DNA of 64,000 bases from an uncultured Acidobacteriota bacterium (lineage in GTDB: Bacteria > Acidobacteriota > B3-B38 > Guanabaribacteriales > CAZYAF01): the NCBI GenBank assembly GCA_964645975.1, contig CAZYAF010000005.1, positions 4,332 to 68,331 of the forward strand. Direction: 5' to 3'. A model generated the notes under the pieces. It made no database searches. It was not told the DNA's origin and saw nothing but the letters and a program-made list of their open reading frames with translations. Each line of letters begins with the position of its first letter. The first letter of the stretch is position 1. A program made the position numbers and the translations under genes. Below, one piece after another: positions 12,028 to 21,855 of this stretch.

Positions 12028-12321
12028 CTATTTCTTTTCTGCTATTTTCTTGGTGTTATCCTCTATACGGAATATAACGATTACTATTTCAAGCCACACT
12101 CGAGCAAGAATTACATAGAGAAAAAAGACTAATGGGGATAGAATTATATACAAGATTCCCATGGCAGCGGAAGTACGAAATCCAGTAACAATAAAAACCA
12201 GAACACCAATACCAGCCAGAACTATAATTATCCCGTATAGAATTTTAATTATTTTTATGGTAATAAATTCAGTAAAAGAAAAGTCGAAAAGCGATGCAAA
12301 AAATCCCTTTTGTATTTCCAT
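12028..12321 (-). CDS. small membrane protein, DUF4282-like
   Basis: 97 aa, two hydrophobic helices, N-terminal FFASLFDFSFTEFITIKIIKILY resembles DUF4282 proteins. Confidence 0.4.
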   Translation of the reverse strand: MEIQKGFFASLFDFSFTEFITIKIIKILYGIIIVLAGIGVLVFIVTGFRTSAAMGILYIILSPLVFFLYVILARVWLEIVIVIFRIEDNTKKIAEKK

Positions 12322-12665
12322 TATTTAGCCCTCCCTTTTAAATAACTATGTTTCTTAATTTCTAGGTGATACTTTTTATCGTTATCTTATTATATAGAGC
12401 GTAAAAGAGTGAGTCAAGAAAAATAGACAGTATTCAATCTTATATTAGTAAAATACCAGCACTCTGATTTACTGATTTATAAATAATAACTATATTATTA
12501 TAATAACTAAAAATAATTCCTCGGGATTGAGATACTACCTAATATCTAGTCCATAGCTGCAAAAATATTTGCCTAACTATCGCTCCAATTTTTCTTATGC
12601 CCTGCTTTTAGAAAAAGAAAGATGAATATAATTTGTGGCCAAGTTATTATAGTTTATAGCGGTAA

Positions 12666-12935
12666 CTACTTAATATTTAACAAATTTTTTCCTGGTTTAA
12701 ATCTTATAGTCTTTCCTGGTGGGATTTTAACTTCAGCACCTGTACGAGGATTGCGCCCTACTCCCTTTTTTCGAGGTCTAACCTCAAAAACACCAAAACC
12801 TCTGAGCTCTATCCGTTTTCCATTTTTCAGAGAACTTTTCATCGCTTCTAATATAGCTTCGATAGCAATTTCCGCCTTAACTTTCGTTATATCGACAGTT
12901 TTAGCTATTTCATTAACTATATCTGCTTTAATCAT
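12666..12935 (-). CDS. hup: HU/IHF-family DNA-binding protein
   Basis: 89 aa; GFGVFEVRPRKKGVGRNPRTGAEVKIP arm motif canonical for HU. Confidence 0.85.
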   Translation of the reverse strand: MIKADIVNEIAKTVDITKVKAEIAIEAILEAMKSSLKNGKRIELRGFGVFEVRPRKKGVGRNPRTGAEVKIPPGKTIRFKPGKNLLNIK

Positions 12936-13151
12936 ATAAGACCTCCCTTAAAAAAATTATAGATGAACTTTGAGGATTATGTCAAGAATTTTTCCTCTTT
13001 ATTAATTTTTTATTAAGATAAAAACCTTTTGTTTACAGTTAGTTGATTGAACTATATAATATTAGAGAGATGAATGAGCTTGTTTACATTAATAAAAAAA
13101 GCAATATATTAACTTTTAACATTTGTTTTATCGCCGGAAAAAGTTAGAAAA

Positions 13152-14462
13152 ATGCTGCCAGAAGTCATCATTGTGGGTAGACCTAATGTAGGAAAATCTA
13201 CTCTCTTTAATCGGCTTTGCCGCCGTCGTAATGCGATCGTTTTGGATACCCCTGGAATTACACGGGATTTGCTTTATAGCGTTGTTCAATGGAAAAACTG
13301 CAAATTTCAACTAATCGATAGCGGTGGATTAGAACTCTTTACCAAAGATACCATCGTTCATCAGATTAAAGAGAAAGTTTTACAAGCAATTAAAGATGCT
13401 TCTTTAGTACTCTATATGGTAGATATTTCTTCAGTTGCCTTAGATGTCGATAAAGAAATTATCCAGTTGCTTAAACGCAGCAATAAACCCATTATTATAG
13501 TGGTTAATAAAATAGATAATCCATCCTTAGAATCTGAGGGTTATAAGTTTTATGAATTAGGTATAGAAAAGGTCTATTTTATTTCTGCCGAACATGCCAG
13601 AGGCATTGGGTCCTTGCTCGATGGGATAAGTGAGACAATTCCGGAGACCACTTTTGATGAGGAAAGAGAGGAAGAGATTAAAATAGCAGTTATTGGTCGA
13701 CCCAATGTGGGCAAATCTTCTTTAGTCAACTCTATTCTGGGAAGTGATAGGGTTTTAGTAAACGAAGAACCTGGCACAACTCGCGATTCGGTAGACATAA
13801 TTTTTAACTATAATAACAATAAATTCAGATTAATCGACACAGCAGGAATACGTCCGAAGTCGAAACTCTTCCAGAAAGCAGAAATCATAAGTGTTCTTAA
13901 AGCTCGAAAAAGCCTGGAAAGAGCTGATATTGTACTGCTTATTATTGATGCTTCTCAAGGATTTACTACTCAAGATGCTGCCCTGGGTGGATTAGCCTAT
14001 AAAGCAGGCAGAGGTTTGCTCTTAGTAGTAAATAAATGGGATTTGATAAAAGAAAATTCTGAATTATCTAAAAATCCTGAAAACTATTTACGGGAAAAAG
14101 CAAAATTCCTTTCTTATGCTCCAATTGCTTTTGTTTCAGCCAAAACAGGTGAAAATGTATTTGAGCTCTTATATTTAATTATGCAAATACAGGAGAATCA
14201 ATGCAAACGCATTCCCACAGGCGTGCTAAATCAATTCTTGCAAAAAAAGATATTGCAGCTCAAACCTCCTTATGCTAAAAAAGGTGCTGCTAAGATATAT
14301 TACCTAACTCAAATAAACATAAAGCCACCCACATTTATAGCCTTCGTAAATTACCGCAATAGGTTCTCCACAAGCTATATTAATTACATGAAAAATAAGC
14401 TGAGAGAGGGCTTTGGGTTCCGAGGAACTCCGATAGATGTCAAATTAAAAAAACGTACATAA
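13152..14462 (+). CDS. der: ribosome-biogenesis GTPase Der (EngA), tandem GTPase domains
   Basis: 436 aa; two G1 motifs GRPNVGKST and GRPNVGKSS, two DTPG/DTAG G3 motifs, KH-like C-terminus. Confidence 0.9.
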   Translation: MLPEVIIVGRPNVGKSTLFNRLCRRRNAIVLDTPGITRDLLYSVVQWKNCKFQLIDSGGLELFTKDTIVHQIKEKVLQAIKDASLVLYMVDISSVALDVDKEIIQLLKRSNKPIIIVVNKIDNPSLESEGYKFYELGIEKVYFISAEHARGIGSLLDGISETIPETTFDEEREEEIKIAVIGRPNVGKSSLVNSILGSDRVLVNEEPGTTRDSVDIIFNYNNNKFRLIDTAGIRPKSKLFQKAEIISVLKARKSLERADIVLLIIDASQGFTTQDAALGGLAYKAGRGLLLVVNKWDLIKENSELSKNPENYLREKAKFLSYAPIAFVSAKTGENVFELLYLIMQIQENQCKRIPTGVLNQFLQKKILQLKPPYAKKGAAKIYYLTQINIKPPTFIAFVNYRNRFSTSYINYMKNKLREGFGFRGTPIDVKLKKRT

Positions 14463-14674
14463 TCTAATGATATGCCAGAATAATATTTTTTTTGTTGCTA
14501 TCAATATAAAATATAATATAATATTTTTATAACTATTATTTTATTTTGCTGGATTCAATAGCGGGTAGCTATCAAGAGACTGGAACCTAACCTTAGAACG
14601 ATATGGTAGTTCTATAATCAATAATAGCATCACTAAGGATATCATTAACCTAACCATTTTATTGAGGTAGGCAA

Positions 14675-16159
14675 ATGAAATTAAAAAAAACAGTAGTTCA
14701 TTTTCTTATTCCATTTCTCATAATATTAATTTTTACCGGAGCAACCATAGAGAAAAAGGGGAAAGAACTCTACCCCCAAAAGCACTGTACAAGTATTATT
14801 GTCGGGAAAAAGGCAACAGTCGATGGTTCTGTACTCCTGGGCCATAATGAAGACTGGGGAAATATTCTAAAACCATTATGCTATGTTCCTCGAGAAAAAC
14901 ATGATCCGGGGGACACAATTCAATTAAAAGATGGTCAAAAGATTCCCCAGATAGAAGAAACGTATGCTTTTATCTGGCCGGCGGCAGAATGCAATGGCAT
15001 TAACGAACATCAAGTTGCTATAGCAGATGATACCGGTTCCTGCCGAAAAGAGCTTTTCCAAAATGAACGAGGATTAGACCTGGAAGAATTTGTAAAGTTA
15101 GCCTTACTACGATCTAAAACCGCCAGAGAAGCGGTAGAAAATATGGGAAACCTGGTAGAAAAATATGGATACAGAAGTTATAACGGCAAATGGGGTGACA
15201 TATTTAGCATTGCAGATGCTCATGAAGGCTGGTGGATGGAAGTCACCATCGGTGGCTTATGGGTAGCTCAACGAGTACCGGATGATGGATTCGTGGTCTT
15301 AGCAAATAGGTTTCGTATTGGAGAGATAGAGTTGAAAGACAATTCTCGATATCTTGGTGCGGAAAATCTCATCAGCTACGCTACTGAAAGCGGATGGTAC
15401 GATCCGGAAAAAAGTCCTTTCAATTTTTCTCAGATTTACGGAGAGATAAGGGAGGGTAGAGAGTTCTATAATACCCGACGTGAATGGCGGGGGAATTGCC
15501 TTTTGGCAGGTCAGAAATTTTCTGAAGAAACCAATCCTCTCATCGTAACAGCAGTTAAAAAGATTACTCCACAGGATATAATGCATGTATTCAGGGACCA
15601 TTATGAAGGTACGCATTACGATTTGACCGAGGGATACACAAAGGGTTCACCGCATCATACTTCTGAGAGGGTAATCTTCACTATTTTCACAGATGCCAGT
15701 ACCGTCGCTCAACTGAGAGGCTGGCTACCACCTGAGATTGGAGGAGTTCTCTGGCTGGCAGTGGGCACTCCCTGCTCAAGCGTATATATTCCCTACTATC
15801 TTGCCTGTCATAGATTCCCTCATCCTTATTCTTTTGTAACAAAAGGCTATGATCGTAATAATGCCTTCTGGATATTTAATTCTTTAGAAAATTTAGTCGA
15901 CCGTTATTATGCAAAAAAGATGAAAAACGGAGCAGAAGAACAAAGAGCAATCGACTATGTATCCGGCTGCTGGAATGAATTTGAAGAAAAAGAATTTGCT
16001 CTTCAAGAGGCTATAGAAAAGACAGCTCTTGAGCTCTACAAAAAAGATAAATCCTTAGCTCGCTCGTTCCTGTCAATATATTCCAATTCCCTGGCAACCC
16101 AGGCATATATGAAAGCCCTTAACCTCGGTGATGAATTAAGAAGTACATATTATCAATAG
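14675..16159 (+). CDS. secreted peptidase family C69 (dipeptidase-like) Ntn hydrolase
   Basis: 494 aa; signal peptide then CTSIIVGKKATVDGSVLLGHNEDW, the nucleophile-Cys N-terminus pattern of C69 dipeptidases. Confidence 0.65.
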   Translation: MKLKKTVVHFLIPFLIILIFTGATIEKKGKELYPQKHCTSIIVGKKATVDGSVLLGHNEDWGNILKPLCYVPREKHDPGDTIQLKDGQKIPQIEETYAFIWPAAECNGINEHQVAIADDTGSCRKELFQNERGLDLEEFVKLALLRSKTAREAVENMGNLVEKYGYRSYNGKWGDIFSIADAHEGWWMEVTIGGLWVAQRVPDDGFVVLANRFRIGEIELKDNSRYLGAENLISYATESGWYDPEKSPFNFSQIYGEIREGREFYNTRREWRGNCLLAGQKFSEETNPLIVTAVKKITPQDIMHVFRDHYEGTHYDLTEGYTKGSPHHTSERVIFTIFTDASTVAQLRGWLPPEIGGVLWLAVGTPCSSVYIPYYLACHRFPHPYSFVTKGYDRNNAFWIFNSLENLVDRYYAKKMKNGAEEQRAIDYVSGCWNEFEEKEFALQEAIEKTALELYKKDKSLARSFLSIYSNSLATQAYMKALNLGDELRSTYYQ

Positions 16160-16292
16160 AATACTAATAATAGCTAAGTATTAAGATTAAATAATACAAA
16201 ATTTTAACCTGCGATTTAATATCTATAAATTAGAAAGTCGATTCGGAAGCATATGGTATGAAACTGGAAATGCTGGATATATATAAAGGGGA

Positions 16293-17378
16293 TCAGTAAT
16301 ATATTTCTACCCGGGTACCAGCTATTTTATCATGCCAGCCGCGGGCTTCATTATCAAAGGTAATCCAGAGAAAACCAAGGAAAAGAATTCCGGCCGATAT
16401 AAGATATCCTATCCATCTCAGAAAAGCCATGGGAAAGCTAACACGACCATTCCTATTAGATATTACTCGTATCTTGAGCGCCATTTTCCCAATGGTCTGG
16501 CCGGAGAAGCCGGTAAAATAGACAAAGTAGGCCAAACTTAGAAGCAACAATAATCCCGTGAGAGGGATGGGTGCAGATTTTAATAGCACGAGATAGTTAA
16601 TATTCATTATTTTTATTGTAGAATATACTATGGCAAGATAAAGAATTGCCAAAATCATAAGGTCAAAAATGCCGGCAAAAAAACGGCTTTTTACGATTAT
16701 CTCTTTGTCAGCTATATCCGTTTCTGGGGCAATGACTGCTTTTTCTTCCTCTTCTTCTTTTAGAGGTTCTTCGTATACTTCCTCACTCAAGGGTTCATAC
16801 TCCTCAACTAAATCTTTAAGATCATCGGGGTAAGCTTTCTCTTCAGGAAACTCCTTTTTCGATTCAGTTGGTTCTGAAGATGAGGGCTCTTCTTTTTCTT
16901 CACCTTCCTCCATGGAGAAAAGGGAAGGCTCTTCCTTTGCTGGTGCTTCCTTTTTTGCAGCGGGTCTTGGCTTTTTAGCTGGCTTTGTCGCTTTAACTGG
17001 AGCTTTCTCTTCTTCTGCCTCTTCCACTTCTTCAGAATCCATTTCTTCCTCTAAAGCTTCTTCTTCTGTACTTTCGACGCTGCTCTTCTTCTCTTGCTTT
17101 TTTTTCTCCTTTATCTCCTTAACCCTTTGCTTGAGCTCCTCTCTCCAATCTTTGGAATAGCTCTGTTCTTTTGTGTCACCCTCCTCATCAGCTTCTCCCT
17201 CATTACCCTGTTCTTGATCCTCTTTGCGCTCTATGTGATAGACTGCCCCATATGATTTGTCGTTTTCTGATTCCTCTTCAGAATCTGTCACATCCATCAA
17301 TCCGTGAATCCATTTTCCGCAAGAAACGCATACCTTCTCGTCCTCTTCATTTTCAAATCCACAGTGAGGGCACTTCAT
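16293..17378 (-). CDS. RDD-family membrane protein with N-terminal zinc ribbon and long acidic linker
   Basis: CPHCGF...CVSCGK zinc ribbon; about 200 aa of E/K/D-rich low complexity; C-terminal TM domain with R...D...WHDKIAGTRV pattern of RDD family. Confidence 0.6.
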   Translation of the reverse strand: MKCPHCGFENEEDEKVCVSCGKWIHGLMDVTDSEEESENDKSYGAVYHIERKEDQEQGNEGEADEEGDTKEQSYSKDWREELKQRVKEIKEKKKQEKKSSVESTEEEALEEEMDSEEVEEAEEEKAPVKATKPAKKPRPAAKKEAPAKEEPSLFSMEEGEEKEEPSSSEPTESKKEFPEEKAYPDDLKDLVEEYEPLSEEVYEEPLKEEEEEKAVIAPETDIADKEIIVKSRFFAGIFDLMILAILYLAIVYSTIKIMNINYLVLLKSAPIPLTGLLLLLSLAYFVYFTGFSGQTIGKMALKIRVISNRNGRVSFPMAFLRWIGYLISAGILFLGFLWITFDNEARGWHDKIAGTRVEIYY

Positions 17379-17694
17379 AATTTAACCTCCTCACAAAATA
17401 GATTCTGCACACATCATTTGATTGATGGAATTTTAGCAGAATAATAAATATAATTCAACTATAATGCAACAAAATGAAATAGATTTTCTAAAGCAAAATT
17501 GACTTTTTCCTGAAGCAATGAGAAGGAGGTTAAAAGTTTTTAAGGTGCTCTTTTTTATGAATTCAAAATATGCATGAAAAAATTAATTATTTGGGCTATT
17601 AAAACAAATTTAATAAATACCCAGAGTTTTTATTTTAATTATATTGGTTTCAAAATTGTATATCAAAAGATGCAAAAAGATATTATGATGTAGC

Positions 17695-18480
17695 TCACGC
17701 TTTATCTTCAAGTATAGCTAACTGTTCTTCAAATTTCTCAACAAAACCTGAAGTTTTTAGCAGTTCAAGACATTCATTACAAATATCAATAAGATCAGAA
17801 ATGCGCTTTTTAATTTCCTGAGATAAGGTATTTTCTTTAATTACAATATTAAGATTAGAACGGATTCTCACTCCGTAATCCAAAAAAGACCCATGCAGTG
17901 ATCTTTCAATTCCAATTCGATCTTGAGCAGCTCGCTCCAATTTGTTTTTTGCTATTGTAAGATAATCTCTTTCCAAGGAAATATATGAATCTATTAAAGT
18001 ATCATCATTTATATTTTTTAAAGGATATGTTATTTGATAAGCATTTGAAAAGTAGTTTCCTAATGCATAAATATTTGGCCCAGAATTAATAAATTGCCTA
18101 ATTAATTCAATTTTTCTTTCTGATGATCTTATATTTGAAAATGACCTCTTAAGTATATAAACACCAGCAGAAATAAGAGCAAGAGTGAATACTTGGAAAA
18201 GAAATGAGATTGTGCTTGAATCCAATGTCCCTTTGCTTTTTGATTGCAGTTGCATAAGTCTAACAATTTCTGATTGTATTAATTCTCCATTTGTTGGATT
18301 AGAATGCTCTTTTATACGATTTAATGCGTTTTTTATACTCAGTTGTATCCTCTTATTAGTAAGTTGAAGATTATAATATGCTGAAATTATAGCGCTAGAA
18401 CTTGTGATCATCATTACTATGAACATAACAATCAACAGAAAACTGCCTAGGCCCTCCATAATTTTACGATTTCTATTCAT
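17695..18480 (-). CDS. hypothetical 2-TM membrane protein, third gene of the kinase/receiver operon
   Basis: 261 aa; start ATG overlaps the receiver stop by 1 nt (TAATG); two hydrophobic helices; no recognised domain. Confidence 0.45.
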   Translation of the reverse strand: MNRNRKIMEGLGSFLLIVMFIVMMITSSSAIISAYYNLQLTNKRIQLSIKNALNRIKEHSNPTNGELIQSEIVRLMQLQSKSKGTLDSSTISFLFQVFTLALISAGVYILKRSFSNIRSSERKIELIRQFINSGPNIYALGNYFSNAYQITYPLKNINDDTLIDSYISLERDYLTIAKNKLERAAQDRIGIERSLHGSFLDYGVRIRSNLNIVIKENTLSQEIKKRISDLIDICNECLELLKTSGFVEKFEEQLAILEDKA

Positions 18481-18923
18481 TAATTCCTCCTCTCGACCAT
18501 GCGAGCGATAGCCTTAACTTTTCTCAAAACATGTCCTGTAGGTTTGGTAGAACCTCTCTTAGCAATTAAGCGGATTCCCTCTAAAAATTTGCTTTTCACG
18601 TGCTCTTTTAATTTGTCCATATACTCCGTATAGATAATAGTTTTTCGTTTCATTTCTTCATTATCTGTAAAGACATAATTGCTAAGCCAGACCCACCCTG
18701 TTAAAAGACCTCCTTTCGTATTCTTTATCTCCTCAGGTTTCAGACCATCTGGAGGCATATTTAGATCAGCAATAATGCAATCAATTTCATTTTGCTTTTC
18801 CTCCCAATAACTTTGCGCGTCATTAAAATTAAAGGCACTGAATATTGTATGCCCCTCATTTATTAAAGCATCCTCCAAATAGGATGAAACCGAACCGCGA
18901 TCTTCCAATATTAATATGTTCAT
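18480..18923 (-). CDS. stand-alone response-regulator receiver domain protein
   Basis: 147 aa; ILILED acidic pocket, IIADLNMP phospho-Asp region, conserved T and K positions; no output domain; ATGA overlap with upstream kinase. Confidence 0.65.
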   Translation of the reverse strand: MNILILEDRGSVSSYLEDALINEGHTIFSAFNFNDAQSYWEEKQNEIDCIIADLNMPPDGLKPEEIKNTKGGLLTGWVWLSNYVFTDNEEMKRKTIIYTEYMDKLKEHVKSKFLEGIRLIAKRGSTKPTGHVLRKVKAIARMVERRN

Positions 18924-21238
18924 TTCTTTCCCTCCTTTGCTGGGATAATTACTGTAAAAGTAACTTTATAGCTTGGCTTATTTATAGAATTGATAATTTC
19001 AAGATACGATGGATAATATAATGGTAAATCTTCATATTTGGGTATTGCAATTATTTTATCATATTCTGCTGATTTTTCTAATCTTTCATCTTCTTCTCTA
19101 AGTGGCTGAATTAAATGCATTTTCTTTCCGATGAGTTTTCGTTCTAAATATGGCTTAATAAGCGGAACATTAAACCCAGAAATTTGTTCACAATCATGAT
19201 CTATTGAGCCATCATGCGCATAAACTATTTGTTTTGCAATATACAAGCCAATACCTAAACCTTCTCCTTTATATATATTAGAGCCACGATTATATAATTT
19301 ATATGGATTTTCTCCTTTCTCCATTTTAATACCATAATTTGTAATTGTTAAAATATGAGGGCTGTTCGGTTTGATATCTAATTTTTTACAATCCATATAG
19401 ATTACAGTCCCCCTATGGCAATATTTTATGGCATTACCAATTATGTTATAAATCAATTGCTCAAGGAGTATTCGATCCCCATAGATAGCTGGCCGATACG
19501 GATCCTTTGAATCTACATTAGGTATTTTGATTAAAATACTTTTTTTAATTGACTCTAATCGATATATATCTCTCCATTTAAATAGCAGCTCCCCAAAAGC
19601 TAAAAAATCGGTCTTTTTAAGCTCTGGCTCTGAAATAAGCATATCTGCTTGTTTAAATAAATAATTTAGCTGTTCTAGAAACCCATCTAAATCGCGTAAT
19701 ATATCATTAGCTTTCTTTTCTTTCAGGTTTTTTAATCTCTCGAAATCAGAAAGATAGCTTTCTCGAAGCGAATCAAGACCGGACGTTAATTGTCCAGTTT
19801 CATGTCCAAAAATCCTCAGCGTGTTTTCCAAATAATCTCTGGTAGTTGCAACCAAAATGCCCGAAAACGTAGATGCTATAATTGATATAAATGATCGCAT
19901 CGAGCTTTCCAGGGCTCTACCGCTTTCTGCATCAATTGTAGAAGTATTCCAAATTTCATCTTCATATCCGGCCCAGGTTACAATCATACTATAGGGCGAG
20001 AATGCTACTGGAGATGTTCGGATGAAATTATTGGTTTTATCCAAATAAAAAGGAAGACCATCGAACAGTTGAAGCATTCTGGTGCTTGTAGTTACTTCAT
20101 TTCGAGCTTTTTCCGGTATTTTTGTCAAATCAAATGTGCACTTCTTTTTCTTAGCTTTTAATGAGCTTGGTAACTCACCAGCCTCTGCTACTATATCCAA
20201 TTTTGAAGGATATTCCTTTGTATAATGATTAACTCCGAAAAGGAATATATGACTAAACGAGAAATCGCGGCAAATGTCTTTCAGGATTTTTTCTACAAGC
20301 CGCCATAAAATAATAATCCCTTCATCTCCCAGAAGAGTTTTTTCAGGTAAACCATCATAAAAAGCTCGGTTGTAATTTTTTGTTCTTTCTACAACATATC
20401 GTTCTCTTTGCCTTGTCTTTTCCCTGGAAAGAGTTGCTTCCAATTTCCCTATTTCTTTAGCTGATTTATTTACTAATTTTTCATAAGCTTCCTTTGTATA
20501 GATATTCTTTATATTCTGAACATATCTATTATGCAGAGTAAGAATTTCTCGGCGACATGATTCAGGGGTAGTTTTTTTATTCTTTTTACAATATTCATCA
20601 AAGCAATGTGGATGGTTAACAAAAAACTCTTCATGCTTTCTATTAATAAAATCTAGTTTTCTTTTAAGAATTATTTCCCCCACATATATCACCGCAACAA
20701 TTCTTTCCTCGAAGAAAATCGGGAATGCTAAATTACTATATGCTAATAATGGGCAATCGAATTCAAGATAACGGTGTCCCATCGTCTCCTTCAGAAAAAA
20801 GCTAACCTCGGTATCATCAAGATATTCCTTTAAAGATGCATCCTTATGAGCCCGCTGCCTCAATAGTTCAATATTTAGCTCTGTTTGAGTAAGATTTCGA
20901 AATAATTTAGCTAACTTCTTCTCTACCATATCACACAACAATCCACGATTATATTTTTTAAAAGCTCTGCACGGTTGGTGGAAATCAAAATGTATGGATA
21001 TAGCTTCTGTTCTAACGACATTATCTGTTGATTCAGGCACCTCATCTTTTTCTGGTGAAAACTCCATTGCCATAATAGGGCTTTTTAATTTATTAGCTAT
21101 GGTAAATAAAATTCCTTTTAAGTATTCATTGGAAATAATTCCCACACCATAGAGTTTATTAAGCTCTGAGTCTTCAGGATATTTTTCTCCATCGTTGGTT
21201 ATATGCTCCGGTCTAAAAGGCCACCTTGCTGGTTTCAC
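18920..21238 (-). CDS. cytoplasmic sensor histidine kinase with PocR-like N-terminal sensor region
   Basis: 772 aa, no TM helix; H-box IFGHETGQLTSGL; N-box LEQLIYNIIGNAIKY; G-box GEGLGIGLYIAKQIV; N-terminal Cys-containing block FDCPLLAYSNLAFPIFFEERIVAVIYVGEI resembles PocR sensory domain. Confidence 0.65.
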   Translation of the reverse strand: MKPARWPFRPEHITNDGEKYPEDSELNKLYGVGIISNEYLKGILFTIANKLKSPIMAMEFSPEKDEVPESTDNVVRTEAISIHFDFHQPCRAFKKYNRGLLCDMVEKKLAKLFRNLTQTELNIELLRQRAHKDASLKEYLDDTEVSFFLKETMGHRYLEFDCPLLAYSNLAFPIFFEERIVAVIYVGEIILKRKLDFINRKHEEFFVNHPHCFDEYCKKNKKTTPESCRREILTLHNRYVQNIKNIYTKEAYEKLVNKSAKEIGKLEATLSREKTRQRERYVVERTKNYNRAFYDGLPEKTLLGDEGIIILWRLVEKILKDICRDFSFSHIFLFGVNHYTKEYPSKLDIVAEAGELPSSLKAKKKKCTFDLTKIPEKARNEVTTSTRMLQLFDGLPFYLDKTNNFIRTSPVAFSPYSMIVTWAGYEDEIWNTSTIDAESGRALESSMRSFISIIASTFSGILVATTRDYLENTLRIFGHETGQLTSGLDSLRESYLSDFERLKNLKEKKANDILRDLDGFLEQLNYLFKQADMLISEPELKKTDFLAFGELLFKWRDIYRLESIKKSILIKIPNVDSKDPYRPAIYGDRILLEQLIYNIIGNAIKYCHRGTVIYMDCKKLDIKPNSPHILTITNYGIKMEKGENPYKLYNRGSNIYKGEGLGIGLYIAKQIVYAHDGSIDHDCEQISGFNVPLIKPYLERKLIGKKMHLIQPLREEDERLEKSAEYDKIIAIPKYEDLPLYYPSYLEIINSINKPSYKVTFTVIIPAKEGKK

Positions 21239-21546
21239 CTTAATAATCCTCCTTCTTTTATGAGCAACACATTATATATTCATAATACGAGTTGTGCATA
21301 AATATATTGTCTTCCAGTATATTCTTTAGCTCTATTCCATGATAATACAATGGTATTATTATCAGAAATATCTATTACACCTCTATGCTCTCCTTTCTTA
21401 AATAATATTTTTAATTTCTCAAATGCATCATATTATCCATATAAGCAATAAGTGGATAAAAATTTCTCCTAAGATGCTAAATGTATAAAAGTGGCTTCAT
21501 ATATATATAACGACAAATTTTTAAAAACATTACAAAAAAATAATAA

Positions 21547-21571
21547 AAATTATTATTGTTAATAATAATTT
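21547..21571. promoter_or_regulatory. perfect 11-bp inverted repeat AAATTATTATT-GTT-AATAATAATTT in divergent intergenic region
   Basis: read directly from sequence; lies between the kinase operon (minus) and BNR-propeller gene (plus); AT-rich context lowers significance. Confidence 0.25.
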
Positions 21572-21855
21572 AATAAATGCTAATATTTGCTTTGTTTTGA
21601 TAATTTTTCTAATATTTTGAATGAAGATTCTGCTAAAGATTTCCCTTTCTGCTTCAAAAACTAATGAAATAAAGGTACAATAAAATTAAATATAGGTTGA
21701 TATAAGAATAAGCAATATCCCAGAAAGGGTTTAGCATTATCACCTTTTTTGGGAAATGTAACTTTATTATGGGGGGTGATGCTAAAATTAATACATTATT
21801 GTTTCTCTCGCCTTTTTACGATTATCGAATAACGAAATTAACCAAGGGGGATTAA

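Noticed and set aside
12622-12939. 105-aa plus-strand ORF overlapping the HU gene
   Set aside because: Antisense to a canonical HU gene with clear homology; no independent support.
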